The position numbers and the translations under genes are program-made. A DNA stretch of 56,666 nucleotides from Anaerolineae bacterium (lineage in GTDB: Bacteria; Chloroflexota; Anaerolineae; Aggregatilineales; J027), in contig JBNLCD010000001.1 in assembly GCA_050303635.1 (NCBI GenBank), forward strand, positions 1 through 56,666, written 5' to 3'. How positions within the stretch are numbered: the first letter of the stretch is position 1; the number at the start of each line of letters is the position of its first letter. The notes below the pieces were generated by a model. It was not told where the DNA came from. It searched no databases and saw nothing but the letters and a program-made list of their open reading frames with translations. This document shows, piece by piece, positions 10,625 through 20,857 of this stretch.

Positions 10625-11629
10625 TTACTTCTTATTGCCATTCCCATTATTACTCTTTGTGCCATTTTCACAGCGGTCGCGCCATCCTTGGGCGTTGGCG
10701 TGATCGGGCGGTGGATTCTTGCACGTATCGGGTGAAGCATCATTCTGATTATCTGGACCGGTACTATTATCCGAATCTGTAGTCGGTGTCGGTGTTTGGC
10801 AATTAGTCGTAATGGCGTCTAAATTACTGGCTGTTTCTAGCATGGCTCGCCCTATAGTTGTTGTGGCGTCAATTTCAAAGGGCAGTTTGCCTGAATAACC
10901 TTCGAGCAAAACGTTGGCTTCGGCTAACGCTTGTTCACTTCGGTCATTGAGATAAGCAACGATAATCGCTTTTGCCAATGCTAAGCTGGCATCACTTTCG
11001 GCTGGTGTCGCCAGAATTGTCACTAAATCTGCCTGTACATACTCTCGATTACCGATCGTCAGCGAATCAATATCCCAATTCTCTAGATTATTTTGCCAAT
11101 AACTGAGGTCGTTTTCACAAACAACAACTATATTTGGCGTGACATCACTGTTATCGGCAGGATTCGGTGTGCTAGCTGTAAATTCATCGCCGTCACCCGG
11201 TGTGCTTGATATCGATTCAGTGGGTAATGGTGATTCTTTTTCTGCTGGCGTGCCTTCTTGGATGGTTGTTACTTGGGCCACCTCATCTTCTCGAATGGAA
11301 TCCCATAGTGCAAAAGCACTCCCTATTCCGAGAAGCAGAACAAGGGTTGCCGCGAAAAATTGCCAGCGTGCAAATCGCCGAACTCGGACAGATTGCGGCG
11401 GATGAGCGAGTACTTGGGCGTGCAAGGCCGCTTCAATCCGAGCTTTGCTTGCCGCCGAGAGTGTTGGAGCAGGTGCTTGATGTAAATTTTCAGCCAAGTT
11501 TAACAAAGACTCAGCCGACGCCAACTCATCTGGGGCTAAACCACCAGCTGAAACGTTCGACTGAATGCCCAAGCGCTTATTCAGCTCAGCATTAAATCTC
11601 TCATCAAAACTTGAATTATGATTCATCAT
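10625..11629 (-). CDS. Putative single-pass anti-sigma factor
   Basis: Overlaps the 3' end of the ECF sigma gene by 14 nt. Has one TM helix (WQFFAATLVLLLGIGSAFALW) and a large extracytoplasmic domain. No HxxxCxxC zinc motif is seen, so the call rests on context. Confidence 0.5.
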   Translation of the reverse strand: MMNHNSSFDERFNAELNKRLGIQSNVSAGGLAPDELASAESLLNLAENLHQAPAPTLSAASKARIEAALHAQVLAHPPQSVRVRRFARWQFFAATLVLLLGIGSAFALWDSIREDEVAQVTTIQEGTPAEKESPLPTESISSTPGDGDEFTASTPNPADNSDVTPNIVVVCENDLSYWQNNLENWDIDSLTIGNREYVQADLVTILATPAESDASLALAKAIIVAYLNDRSEQALAEANVLLEGYSGKLPFEIDATTTIGRAMLETASNLDAITTNCQTPTPTTDSDNSTGPDNQNDASPDTCKNPPPDHANAQGWRDRCENGTKSNNGNGNKK

Positions 11630-12194
11630 TTACCCCGCGCAAATAATGTCGTGCGCGTTCATCTGTTCCCATTCTTTTAGCTAGTTCATTGAGTGCCCGA
11701 TGTTGTGCTGTCATAATTGCCGCTGGACTTTTTTCCAAAATTTCAGCGACTTCTTCGTGAGTTTTCTGTTCGATAAATCGTAAAATTAAGATGGACTGAT
11801 GTGTTTCATTGAGTTGAGCGATAGCTGATTTTAGAGCTTCAAATTCTTCAGCTTGTTCAATATTCCACTCTAAAATCGGTTCTTCGGCGGGAATATCATC
11901 GGCGAGTTCAGTTTGTTGTTCACGCTTCATCTGGCGATAGTAATCCACCAGTTTGGCATGTGCAATCCGATAAAGCCAAGCAACGAAAGGTACACCGCGA
12001 TATTCGTAATTCGGTAACCCTTCAATCATTGCCAGAAAAATTTCAGAAATTAAATCTTCAACAACATTTGGGTGCGATATACGATATGCTACAAAACGCG
12101 TGATAGCATCGATATTTTCGTTATAAAGTTGAGATATGGCTTGCGTGTCGCCTTGTTGGGCACGCTCTATCAACTTCATTTCGTTCTGAGACAT
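11616..12194 (-). CDS. ECF-type RNA polymerase sigma-70 family factor
   Basis: 192 aa. Region 2 (VPFVAWLYRIAHAKLVDYYR) and region 4 HTH (THEEVAEILEKSPAAIMTAQHRALNEL) are recognisable. Confidence 0.85.
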   Translation of the reverse strand: MSQNEMKLIERAQQGDTQAISQLYNENIDAITRFVAYRISHPNVVEDLISEIFLAMIEGLPNYEYRGVPFVAWLYRIAHAKLVDYYRQMKREQQTELADDIPAEEPILEWNIEQAEEFEALKSAIAQLNETHQSILILRFIEQKTHEEVAEILEKSPAAIMTAQHRALNELAKRMGTDERARHYLRGVNDES

Positions 12195-12634
12195 GCCCCA
12201 AGCCTATTTTGCGAGTTCACATAACTCATCATCATGCCACCCATCTAATTAGTTTATCGGAATAAGCCATCTAATCTTACATTATTCGACTATTAATTCT
12301 AAAGTCGCAATTATATCTAGTAATCTAAAAATTTCTGTAGGCTTCATTTTCAATCGCCTCTATTTATGATCTGAAATGTTAAAGGCGAAAGGAGTTCCCA
12401 AATTTTTAGTATTAAGATAAAAACTGAACCCAAAATTTAATGAAACCTGTCGAAAAGTGGCTTCTGAACTATTTTAGATCATATCCGCTAAGTAATAAAA
12501 TGGTTAGAAAATTTACAAATTTGGCATATTGACAATTCCCCAACAAAATTTCTGTAAGATTGCCGCTACCATGACGATATATGAAGTGTAAGTGTATGGA
12601 ACGCAAACACAAGAGAGAAAGGGAATAATCTCTT

Positions 12635-13660
12635 ATGCGCAAGTCTTTGTTCACACTCATGACAGTTATTATGGTAGTTCTTTTAGCTTTACCAACATTG
12701 GTACCCAACCAAACCGTCTCAGCTCAAGAAGATGGCGATCCTATTGAAGTTGAACTCGAAGGTGTAGTTCAATATGTAGGTGAAGGCTTCATTGTTGTAG
12801 ATGGAATTGTCGTTTATGCCAATGATATCTTTGATGTTACATCTGTGAATGTGACCGATACGGTTGCTATTACTGGTGAGCTTCAAGAAGACGGTACCGT
12901 TTTAGCCACGGCTTATGCCTTGGTAGAAGCTGGCGAAGGTCCAACTGACCCAGAACCCGGCGATTCCGTTGTTGTTGTAGGTTATGTCGAATCACTTGAC
13001 CCCGATATTATTATTGAAGGCTATGTTGTTGCCCCAGCCAGTGCATTCAATCCTTCCACCCTTGAAGAAGGCGATTTGGTCATACTTGAAGGCTTGCTTT
13101 TGAATGACGGCGAAACGATTCAAGCCACCAGCCTTGCCCTTCTCGTTGAAACTGACGCTGAAGACGAAGATGAATGTCTTGACGACGGTGAAGATGAAGA
13201 TGGTGAAGACTCTGGCGACGTCGTAACCGATGGCGATGGTGAAGGCGACGAAGACGATCCATGTGCCGATGAAGAAGACGAAGAAGATGACGAAGAAAAT
13301 ACTGGTGTCTGCGAAAACGTAGATCATCCTGTGACCTTACGCTATGCTGAAGCTTATGGCATTAGCGCTGAACAAATTACCGAATGGCGTTGTGACGGCT
13401 TTGGTTTTGGTCAAATTGGTAAGGTTTTGGCATTAGCTGAAGTTGTTGGTGTTGATCCTCAAGAAATCTTTGATCGCATTGCTGGTGGCGAAGGTTGGGG
13501 CAACATCTTGAAAGATTATGATGTCAAGCCTGGCGATTTAGCTCCAGGTAAGGGCCTGAATAAAGATAAAGAACGTGGTAACAGCGGAAATGCCGGAAAC
13601 AATGGTAATGGCAACAAACCGGACAAGAGCAACAATGGCAAAGGTCCCAAGGACAAGTAG
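12635..13660 (+). CDS. Secreted protein with repeated beta-domain (DUF5666-like as I recall it), D/E-rich linker and N/G/K-rich tail
   Basis: Signal peptide MRKSLFTLMTVIMVVLLALPTLVPNQTVSA. Repeated V.G.V......I.V.G motifs. An acidic stretch at about 13145-13300. C-terminal tail GNSGNAGNNGNGNKPDKSNNGKGPKDK. Confidence 0.6.
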   Translation: MRKSLFTLMTVIMVVLLALPTLVPNQTVSAQEDGDPIEVELEGVVQYVGEGFIVVDGIVVYANDIFDVTSVNVTDTVAITGELQEDGTVLATAYALVEAGEGPTDPEPGDSVVVVGYVESLDPDIIIEGYVVAPASAFNPSTLEEGDLVILEGLLLNDGETIQATSLALLVETDAEDEDECLDDGEDEDGEDSGDVVTDGDGEGDEDDPCADEEDEEDDEENTGVCENVDHPVTLRYAEAYGISAEQITEWRCDGFGFGQIGKVLALAEVVGVDPQEIFDRIAGGEGWGNILKDYDVKPGDLAPGKGLNKDKERGNSGNAGNNGNGNKPDKSNNGKGPKDK

Positions 13661-13716
13661 TTTGTTGCACCGCTAATCATAGATTTTGCTAGCTCGAGTG
13701 GAGCTAGGGAGGGAAT

Positions 13717-13755
13717 GAGGACACAACGCGTATGGTTGTGTCCTCTTCATTTTTT
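13717..13755. terminator. Bidirectional intrinsic terminator between convergent genes
   Basis: GAGGACACAAC-gcgtatg-GTTGTGTCCTC followed by TTCATTTTTT. Confidence 0.75.
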
Positions 13756-14584
13756 ATGGCGCAAATTGTATGGGAAAAAGTATTTCAGTGATTGGTGGCT
13801 CATTTGGCATCGGCGGGCGGAGATAAATTTCATGTGAGGGCGCAATAATATGATAAGCATTGGCCGCAATCCATTGTCCTAAGGCCGCATAGGCACTGCT
13901 GATATTCTCAAATTCCCCGACATAAACGATCGAAGCACACATCTCATAGGCAGGGCTTTCTCCTGCGATTAATTGGCGGTTGGCATCAATTTGGATATTC
14001 TCTGTGACAGTTTGTGCCACAGGAAAGACAACTTCAACATCCAAATCATGCGGTTTATATTCCATATCATGAAAAACAGCAAAGGTTGGTCCCTGCGGTT
14101 GAATATGATGTTGTCCTAATTGACTGTAGCCGAGACCAATCAGTTCACCCACCTGGGGTGGTGTAGCTACGATATGTCGCAAAGCTAACCCATGAACTGG
14201 CTCAACAGACTTAGTTACAATATCGTGGGTGGGTAGTGTCCCCTCCTGATAGATTTGCTGAAGACGACTTTGCACACGCCTCAGTTGCGCTTGCGTCTCG
14301 TTGACAACGTGCTCTAATTCAGACTGCTTTTGGTTAAGTAAATCTTCGATTTGCTCCGGAGAAACACCATCTTGTAAAACATCGGCAATTTGATTGAGCG
14401 CTAATCCCAAATCTTTGAGTGCTAAAATTCGATTGAGAGACGGCAATTGCTCAAAAGTGTAATAGCGATAACCCGATGAATCATCAATATGCGCGGGTGA
14501 TAGCAGGCCAATATCAGCGTAATAACGCAATGCAGAAACAGGTACCTGACATATTTTTGAAAATTCACCAATCCGAAACATCAT
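13754..14584 (-). CDS. MerR-family transcriptional regulator with GyrI-like effector-binding domain
   Basis: N-terminal MerR HTH (MFRIGEFSKICQVPVSALRYYADIGLL), a coiled-coil linker and a roughly 150-aa C-terminal domain. This is BmrR-type architecture. Confidence 0.85.
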   Translation of the reverse strand: MMFRIGEFSKICQVPVSALRYYADIGLLSPAHIDDSSGYRYYTFEQLPSLNRILALKDLGLALNQIADVLQDGVSPEQIEDLLNQKQSELEHVVNETQAQLRRVQSRLQQIYQEGTLPTHDIVTKSVEPVHGLALRHIVATPPQVGELIGLGYSQLGQHHIQPQGPTFAVFHDMEYKPHDLDVEVVFPVAQTVTENIQIDANRQLIAGESPAYEMCASIVYVGEFENISSAYAALGQWIAANAYHIIAPSHEIYLRPPMPNEPPITEILFPIQFAP

Positions 14585-14911
14585 ATCTGCCTTTCAATCG
14601 AATCGTCCCGCAAGTTTAGCTTCAATTATAGCTAATCCCGTATTGATACAATATCTCTCTCAAGATTAATAGAAGATGAGAGGAAATTAATTTTTGAACC
14701 TATCAACCTTTAAATTTCTATTTTTAGCGATTAACCTCCACATACAGATAAAGTTCCGACCAACTTGGGTGAATTACCCAATTCAACAACTAACTAATAA
14801 AAAATTTATGGCAAATTGGCCATAATAACAGGTAAGATACAATACATTCACCGCGTTTCTAATTAGGTAACGGTATAATTGAAGCATAAATTGAGATGGG
14901 AAGTATAAAGT

Positions 14912-15940
14912 ATGGGTATCAATGCTGTGAAAGGGGATAACGTGCTGTCCTTGACGGTACACACCAACGCATCTGCATTTGAAGTTTTGCAACCAGAATG
15001 GAATGCGCTCTTAGATCACGCGCGTTCAAATCGAATTTTCTCCACATGGGAATGGCAATCAACATGGTGGACCGCCTATCATCCCGGCGAACTGTTGATT
15101 ATAGCAGTCCGCAATGATGATGAAGAACTTGTCGGATTAGCCCCCTTGTTTATTGATGCAAATCGCAACGCGCATTTTGTTGGATGCGAAGACGTGACTG
15201 ATTATCTAGATATAATCGTCCATCAGGATTACGAAACCGAAGTTTACCATGCGCTCGCCGACTATTTGGCTGAGAATAAAGGTAACAATTTCGATGCTAT
15301 TGAATTATGTAATATCCCAGCAGAATCGCCAACTTTGTCTGGTTTTCAGGAAGTTTTGGTTTCTGCTGGATTTACGACCGGTACTGAATTGATTGATGTT
15401 TGTCCGGTTATTGAACTCGGCGATGACTGGGAAGAGTATTTGGCTAATCTTGATAAAAAACAACGCCATGAAATCCGCCGCAAAATCCGCCGCGCCAGCG
15501 GTGACAACATCAACTGGTATATTGTCAGTGATGAACATGATCTCACCACCGAATTGGATACTTTTCTCGACTTAATGGCTTGTGCCAGTGAAGATAAGAC
15601 CAAATTCCTGCAAGACGAAAACAATCTTGCCTTCTTCAAAGCAATGGTGCCTCTTTTCTATGAAAAAGGCTGGCTTCAACTCGCGATTATTAAGATGGAT
15701 GGCGAACCTGCCGCTGGTTATTTAAACTTCGATTATGGCAATGAAATTGGAGTTTATAACTCCGGTCTCAATATCGAAGTTGGTGGTACACTTAGCCTAG
15801 GGATTGTGCTCTTGTCACATCTTATTAACCATGCCATTGATCAAGGCCGTGATCGCTTTGACCTTCTACGCGGTAATGAAACCTATAAATATCGCATGGG
15901 TGGTCAAGACGACGAAGTACATCGTTTAATGGCACATTAG
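14912..15940 (+). CDS. GNAT-superfamily acetyltransferase, CelD/FemAB-like
   Basis: The pattern LDKKQRHEIRRKIRR...MDGEPAAGYLNF...FDLLRGNETYKYRMGG is typical of the CelD/BioF2-like acetyltransferase family. Confidence 0.7.
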   Translation: MGINAVKGDNVLSLTVHTNASAFEVLQPEWNALLDHARSNRIFSTWEWQSTWWTAYHPGELLIIAVRNDDEELVGLAPLFIDANRNAHFVGCEDVTDYLDIIVHQDYETEVYHALADYLAENKGNNFDAIELCNIPAESPTLSGFQEVLVSAGFTTGTELIDVCPVIELGDDWEEYLANLDKKQRHEIRRKIRRASGDNINWYIVSDEHDLTTELDTFLDLMACASEDKTKFLQDENNLAFFKAMVPLFYEKGWLQLAIIKMDGEPAAGYLNFDYGNEIGVYNSGLNIEVGGTLSLGIVLLSHLINHAIDQGRDRFDLLRGNETYKYRMGGQDDEVHRLMAH

Positions 15941-16106
15941 CCTTAAACTCATCAAATAATTGTTGCGTTAGGGGTAACGCTTCAATTATGAAGTCAAGCA
16001 TTAAAAATGAGGATGAAAGAAATTTTCATCCTCACTACATCGTAGAATAAACAAGTTTTATAGGGATATTGAGGGACATTGCCACAAATACCTGTGGCAC
16101 AATGAG

Positions 16107-17477
16107 TTGTGTGTGAGAAAATATCATATGGATGAGCAAGGCTGTAGATGCAATTCTCAAGTTGAGATGAAATCTATTTCGCCTTCAATACGTCGCATTG
16201 CCCTCCTAAGTGTGCACTCTTCGCCACTTGGGGTAGCGGGTGGGCGTAAAGTAGGCGGCATGAATGTTATGGTGGAGGCTCTCGCCAAAACCTTAGGACG
16301 GCGGGGGATCAAAGTTGATGTCTTTACCCGTGAAGATACCCCCAGCCATGTTGGCAAAATTGTATCTATGGGCAAAAATGCCCGTCTAATCTATTTACCT
16401 GCGGGTCCACCGGAATATCTTGAATCGAATCAAATTCACCGCTATGTTGATCAATTCACGACGGCGCTGTTAGATTTCACGATTAAATCCAAATTGCATT
16501 ATGATCTAATTTACAGCCATTATTGGATTAGTGGTGCCGTAGCTTTGCATCTACGGGAAGCGTGGAATATTCCTATTGTTCAGATGTTCCACACCCTTGG
16601 TCAAATGAAAAAGCGGATTGCTAACGCCGGCACCGATATTCCACCCACAACCCTTATCCCGCCGCCTGCCGACCAACGCGTAGAAGTTGAAAATAAAGTC
16701 ATTGCCAACGCGGATCGTCTCATTGCCGCCACGCATGCGGAACGCGTGCAAATGCTGATGTTGTATCGCGCTGACCGCCGTCGTATTGAAATTGTACCCC
16801 CAGGAGTTGACTTAGATCGTTTTCAGCCTGTCTCACAATGGATGGCCAAGAAGTGTCTCAATATTGAACCTACGCGCAAACTTTTAGTCTGGGCTGGCCG
16901 TGTCGAGCCGTTGAAGGGTATCGACAATATTTTATATGCGCTGGCGCTAATCCAAAAAGCCACGCCCGAATTAGCATCTCAGACCTCGTTATATATTGTG
17001 GGGGGGGATCCATTTGCCGATACACCCGATAATGAAGAAATGCGCCGCTTGCAAAGCCTTGTGCGCCGTCTAGAAATTGAGCATATGGTCTGTTTTGTGG
17101 GAGCCAAGCCGCAAGCTGAATTGCATTATTATTTCAATGCCGCTGAAGCCGTATTAGTACCATCGGATTATGAGAGTTTTGGCATGGTCGCGCTTGAAGC
17201 GATGGCCTGCGGGACACCTGTGATTGCTTCTGAAGTTGGCGGACTAGCGTTTCTGGTTAAAGATGGTGAGACGGGCTATCATGTTCCCACTCGTGACCCA
17301 GCCACCCTTGCTGAGCGCATATACCAGATCACGAGCAACCCTGAAAAACGTGCGCAGATGGGCCGTGCCTCGCAACAACGTGCTGAAGAATATAGTTGGG
17401 AACGTATCACCGATCGTTTGATTGAAATTTTCAATGAAGCCTTAGTGGACCGACTCCCCAGTCTAGGCGGAGCCTAA
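16107..17477 (+). CDS. Glycosyltransferase family 4, MshA-like (retaining GT-B)
   Basis: IALLSVHSSPLGVAGGRKVGGMNVMVEALAKTLGRRGIKVDVFTR and ESFGMVALEAMACGTPVIASEVGGL match the MshA/GT4 pattern. The track start is TTG at 16107. The true start is more likely ATG at 16167 (MKSISPS...). Confidence 0.85.
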   Translation: MCVRKYHMDEQGCRCNSQVEMKSISPSIRRIALLSVHSSPLGVAGGRKVGGMNVMVEALAKTLGRRGIKVDVFTREDTPSHVGKIVSMGKNARLIYLPAGPPEYLESNQIHRYVDQFTTALLDFTIKSKLHYDLIYSHYWISGAVALHLREAWNIPIVQMFHTLGQMKKRIANAGTDIPPTTLIPPPADQRVEVENKVIANADRLIAATHAERVQMLMLYRADRRRIEIVPPGVDLDRFQPVSQWMAKKCLNIEPTRKLLVWAGRVEPLKGIDNILYALALIQKATPELASQTSLYIVGGDPFADTPDNEEMRRLQSLVRRLEIEHMVCFVGAKPQAELHYYFNAAEAVLVPSDYESFGMVALEAMACGTPVIASEVGGLAFLVKDGETGYHVPTRDPATLAERIYQITSNPEKRAQMGRASQQRAEEYSWERITDRLIEIFNEALVDRLPSLGGA

Positions 17478-18715
17478 CGCTTGCGCATATCAATCACTTG
17501 ATGCGTTAAGCGCGCTTCTTCCGCCGCAAACGCCAGCAGATGACTTTCTAGCGATTCGTCTGCGGTTGTTAAACTATCGTCGGGAACGCCTTGTACGGCA
17601 TTTATAAACGACCGCATCAAGCCAAAATCACCCCCACCATGCGGAACTCCAGCAAATTCTGAGTTGATATCAAAGACTTCAATCTGATTGGTCAAATGAT
17701 CATGGATTTGTAACTGACTATCCTTTTTACCCATGTAACCACTCAGAGTGGCTTGTGTGCCTTCATAACGAATCCGACGTTGTTCTTCATCGGCATGTCC
17801 GTGCATCGTGAGCGTAATGGTCGTTCCTTGCTCGGTTTCCATCATAACAACCTGATGATCAACCACATTATTATCACACGCATACACACAGCGCCCATAT
17901 GGTCCGGTTTGCAAAGCTTCTAACCGATCCGCCGGATTGAGGGCAACCACTGTATACGGCCAAGTTTCTTCTTCGTTCACATAAAAACGCACGGCATCGA
18001 ATTTGCAGGTTTCGGCGACTGGACAACCGTCTGTGCATCGCTCCGGTGCTTCGGGTGGACGATTTTCGGCGCAATAGTGCGTTAAACTTCCACTAGATGA
18101 TAAATAGCGTACTTTTTCGCGCAAAATCCAATAAAGAATATCAAAGTCATGACAGCACTTGCTCAAAATCATTGGCCCGGATTGTTCACTATTTCGCCAA
18201 TTACCCCGCACAAAACTGTGTGCCATATGCCAATGCACAACATTTTCGCTGTGATCAATGTGCACAATTTTTCCTAGCCGACCCGACTGTACAATCTCGC
18301 GGACTTTTTGAAAAAAATTGGTGTAACGTAACACATGGCATATTTGTAACAATCGACCTTCTTCTTTGGCCACATGTACCAGTTCAATATTTTCCGCCAA
18401 AACAGGTGACATCGGTTTTTCCAGGAGAACATCATAACCAGCGCGCAAAGCGGCAATGGCGGCCGGGGCATGTTGTCGATCAGGCAGAGTAATAATCGCG
18501 ACCTGCGCCAATTGTGGTTGTGCCAATAATGCTTCCCACGTTTCGTACTGCTGAGAAACGGCTATCTCGTGTGCTTCAGAAAAGTGTTGACGATAATCGG
18601 CACGTGGCTCAGCCACACCTCCAATCTGAATTTGTTCGGGATAGGTCAGCGCATAATTCCCATATTTATGACCTCGATCACCTGCACCCAAAACAATACC
18701 CGTTAAGCCTATCAT
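17474..18715 (-). CDS. Gfo/Idh/MocA-family NAD(P)-dependent oxidoreductase
   Basis: N-terminal Rossmann segment (GIVLGAGDRGHKY), an EKP motif (LLEKPM) and a C-terminal alpha/beta domain. Confidence 0.85.
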   Translation of the reverse strand: MIGLTGIVLGAGDRGHKYGNYALTYPEQIQIGGVAEPRADYRQHFSEAHEIAVSQQYETWEALLAQPQLAQVAIITLPDRQHAPAAIAALRAGYDVLLEKPMSPVLAENIELVHVAKEEGRLLQICHVLRYTNFFQKVREIVQSGRLGKIVHIDHSENVVHWHMAHSFVRGNWRNSEQSGPMILSKCCHDFDILYWILREKVRYLSSSGSLTHYCAENRPPEAPERCTDGCPVAETCKFDAVRFYVNEEETWPYTVVALNPADRLEALQTGPYGRCVYACDNNVVDHQVVMMETEQGTTITLTMHGHADEEQRRIRYEGTQATLSGYMGKKDSQLQIHDHLTNQIEVFDINSEFAGVPHGGGDFGLMRSFINAVQGVPDDSLTTADESLESHLLAFAAEEARLTHQVIDMRKR

Positions 18716-18798
18716 CTCAATTTAATCCCTTTATTCACCAGTCCACGGTATAATGAAATCAACCTGTTATCAAATGGTATCAAGCGAAAAGTATAAGT

Positions 18799-20385
18799 AT
18801 GATCAAACAATCTGTATCAGAAGTAGTCCCACCCAATCATGAAAAAACACCACACATCGAACAAGATTGTATCCAGTCTTACAATCCAGCCACAGGTGAA
18901 ATAATTGGTCAAGTTTCGACGACCAGCCCCGCCGATGCGCCCTTGATTATGAATGAACTAGCCCAAGGGCAAACTAACTGGGGTAATGTAGACATAAAAG
19001 AACGCATTTCTATTCTGCATCGCCTCTATGAATTGATGGTTGAACGTCACCCTGCCCTTGTAAAATTGCTTGGCCAAGAATTGGGCAAAATCGAGCATGA
19101 AGCTCGCTTTGAAGTCTTGCAAGCCATTCTGAATTTGAAGTACATGCTCTGGAAGGCACCCCGTGCCCTAAAGTCTAAACGTGTCTTTGTTTGGCAATTA
19201 CCCTATCGGATGCATAAAATTTTGCGTCAACCGCATGGTGTTGTCTTGGTGATTTCTCCGTGGAACTTTCCCGTGGCGCTGACCTTTGATGCCATTATTC
19301 CTGCTTTATTGGCGGGCAACAGTGTAGCTTACAAGCCGTCTGAACATGCCCCGCTGATTGGACAATTTATGGCCGACCTGATTGTGGAGGCAGGTGTTCC
19401 AGAAGATGTCTTCAAAATTATTCACGGCGACGGGGCTTTAGGCGCGGCACTAATTGATGCTGGCCCTGATAAAATCAGTTTTACGGGCAGTGTGCCTGTT
19501 GGGCGTAAGATTGCCCAAAAAGCCGGTGATTTATTGATACCCGTTACGCTTGAACTCGGTGGTAAAGATGCGGCTCTAGTTTTGGTAGATGCCGATCTAA
19601 AACGCAGTGCGCGAGGCATTCTCTGGGGCAGTATGGTCAATTCTGGACAAATGTGCCTAGGTGTCGAGCGAGTTTATGTCATGGACTCGGTAGCTGATCA
19701 ATTTGTCCAAGAATTACGCCAAGCCGTGCGTAAGTATCTACGTGTAGGCGAATCTGATGATCCTCAAGCTACGCTGGGCTTACTTGCTCTATCCAGTCAG
19801 GCCGATATTGTTCGCGCACAAGTGAATCAAGCTGAAGAATTTGGAGCCACCCTTTATCGTGACTATCAAGCATTGGGTAAACTCAAACAACATCCCAATT
19901 TAATTGAGCCACTCATCCTCACCGATGTGCCACCTGAGGCAGATATTGTCCGCGCCGAAACTTTTGGCCCCGTTATGGTCGTGATGCCCGTGACAAATGA
20001 AGACGAAGCCATACAAAAAATCAATGACAGTGAATTTGGCTTAACAACTAGTATTTGGACCAAAGACAGCAAAAATGTCCAGCGCCTTGCCCCGCGTCTA
20101 AAAGTGGGCTTGGTGCATATGAATGAACATATTTTATCGTCCGCCGCACCACAAGTACCATGGGGTGGACGCAAACAAAGTGGTTATGGACGTCATCGCG
20201 GGGCCGATAGCTTTTTGGCAATGACCATTCCGCAAGCGGTTAGCACCGAATGGTTCAAACTGCCGTTCCATCCCTTTGCCTATCCATATAATCGCTTCAA
20301 ACGAGATTTGGTTCGCCGCTTAGTCTATCTCTGGGCAGGGCCAACGCTCAAAGATAAATTGAAAGCATTCGGACGCTTAAAATAA
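18799..20385 (+). CDS. Aldehyde dehydrogenase family protein
   Basis: ELGGKDA, the catalytic-Cys motif GQMCLGVERVYV and an EEFGP-like ETFGPV. Confidence 0.9.
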   Translation: MIKQSVSEVVPPNHEKTPHIEQDCIQSYNPATGEIIGQVSTTSPADAPLIMNELAQGQTNWGNVDIKERISILHRLYELMVERHPALVKLLGQELGKIEHEARFEVLQAILNLKYMLWKAPRALKSKRVFVWQLPYRMHKILRQPHGVVLVISPWNFPVALTFDAIIPALLAGNSVAYKPSEHAPLIGQFMADLIVEAGVPEDVFKIIHGDGALGAALIDAGPDKISFTGSVPVGRKIAQKAGDLLIPVTLELGGKDAALVLVDADLKRSARGILWGSMVNSGQMCLGVERVYVMDSVADQFVQELRQAVRKYLRVGESDDPQATLGLLALSSQADIVRAQVNQAEEFGATLYRDYQALGKLKQHPNLIEPLILTDVPPEADIVRAETFGPVMVVMPVTNEDEAIQKINDSEFGLTTSIWTKDSKNVQRLAPRLKVGLVHMNEHILSSAAPQVPWGGRKQSGYGRHRGADSFLAMTIPQAVSTEWFKLPFHPFAYPYNRFKRDLVRRLVYLWAGPTLKDKLKAFGRLK

Positions 20386-20403
20386 ATGTGGGTGTTTTTT
20401 ATC

Positions 20404-20841
20404 TCATTCATTCTTGAGAAATGACATTAGCCATTTTTCAGCTTCTTGACGATCAAAAAATATCCGACGTTGACGGTTTGCATCACGCTGAGCGGGCAAT
20501 TTTTCGACAAACATTCGCGTTACATGGGCAAAGAAACTTTGTGGAATGACAACTGCGGTATAGGTAACAAGTTCGGGGCGTATCGTTGCCAATTCTTTCG
20601 CCCGTAGACGGACATGCGGTGTCGTGACAACACTTTTGGCACCCATCCAATCATAGATTGCTAGACAAGGTGTATCTTCAGGCCAATTTTGCATGATGTC
20701 GGCGGCCATATTCGCCCAGACGTCAATGACATCTTCCTTCAGACTACTGAGGTTATAGGCAACAATTGCACCGTTATTTATTTTCTCGATGTAAAACTCC
20801 GGTGTAATTTGTTCTTTAGTTATATTGGTTTCACCATCCAT
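20404..20841 (-). CDS. Small conserved protein, tandem paralog 1 of 3 (SpoIIAA-like/STAS fold suspected)
   Basis: Shares VDxWA, TTPHxRxR, RPxxxxxTAxVxP and RRIFFxxxEAxxWL blocks with the next two genes. Confidence 0.6.
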   Translation of the reverse strand: MDGETNITKEQITPEFYIEKINNGAIVAYNLSSLKEDVIDVWANMAADIMQNWPEDTPCLAIYDWMGAKSVVTTPHVRLRAKELATIRPELVTYTAVVIPQSFFAHVTRMFVEKLPAQRDANRQRRIFFDRQEAEKWLMSFLKNE

Positions 20842-20857
20842 CTGGCAGTCCTTAGAA

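Noticed and set aside
13145-13300. GA-rich periodic DNA (GAAGA/GATGA repeats) that looks like a tandem repeat array
   Set aside because: It is in frame inside the secreted-protein ORF and encodes a D/E-rich low-complexity linker. It has no spacer/repeat organisation, so it is neither a CRISPR array nor a satellite.
16107-16166. N-terminal 20-codon extension of the GT4 ORF (TTG start, MCVRKYHMDEQGCRCNSQVE)
   Set aside because: It has no counterpart in MshA-like proteins. The conserved region begins right after the ATG at 16167. The extension is kept only as the outer ORF boundary.
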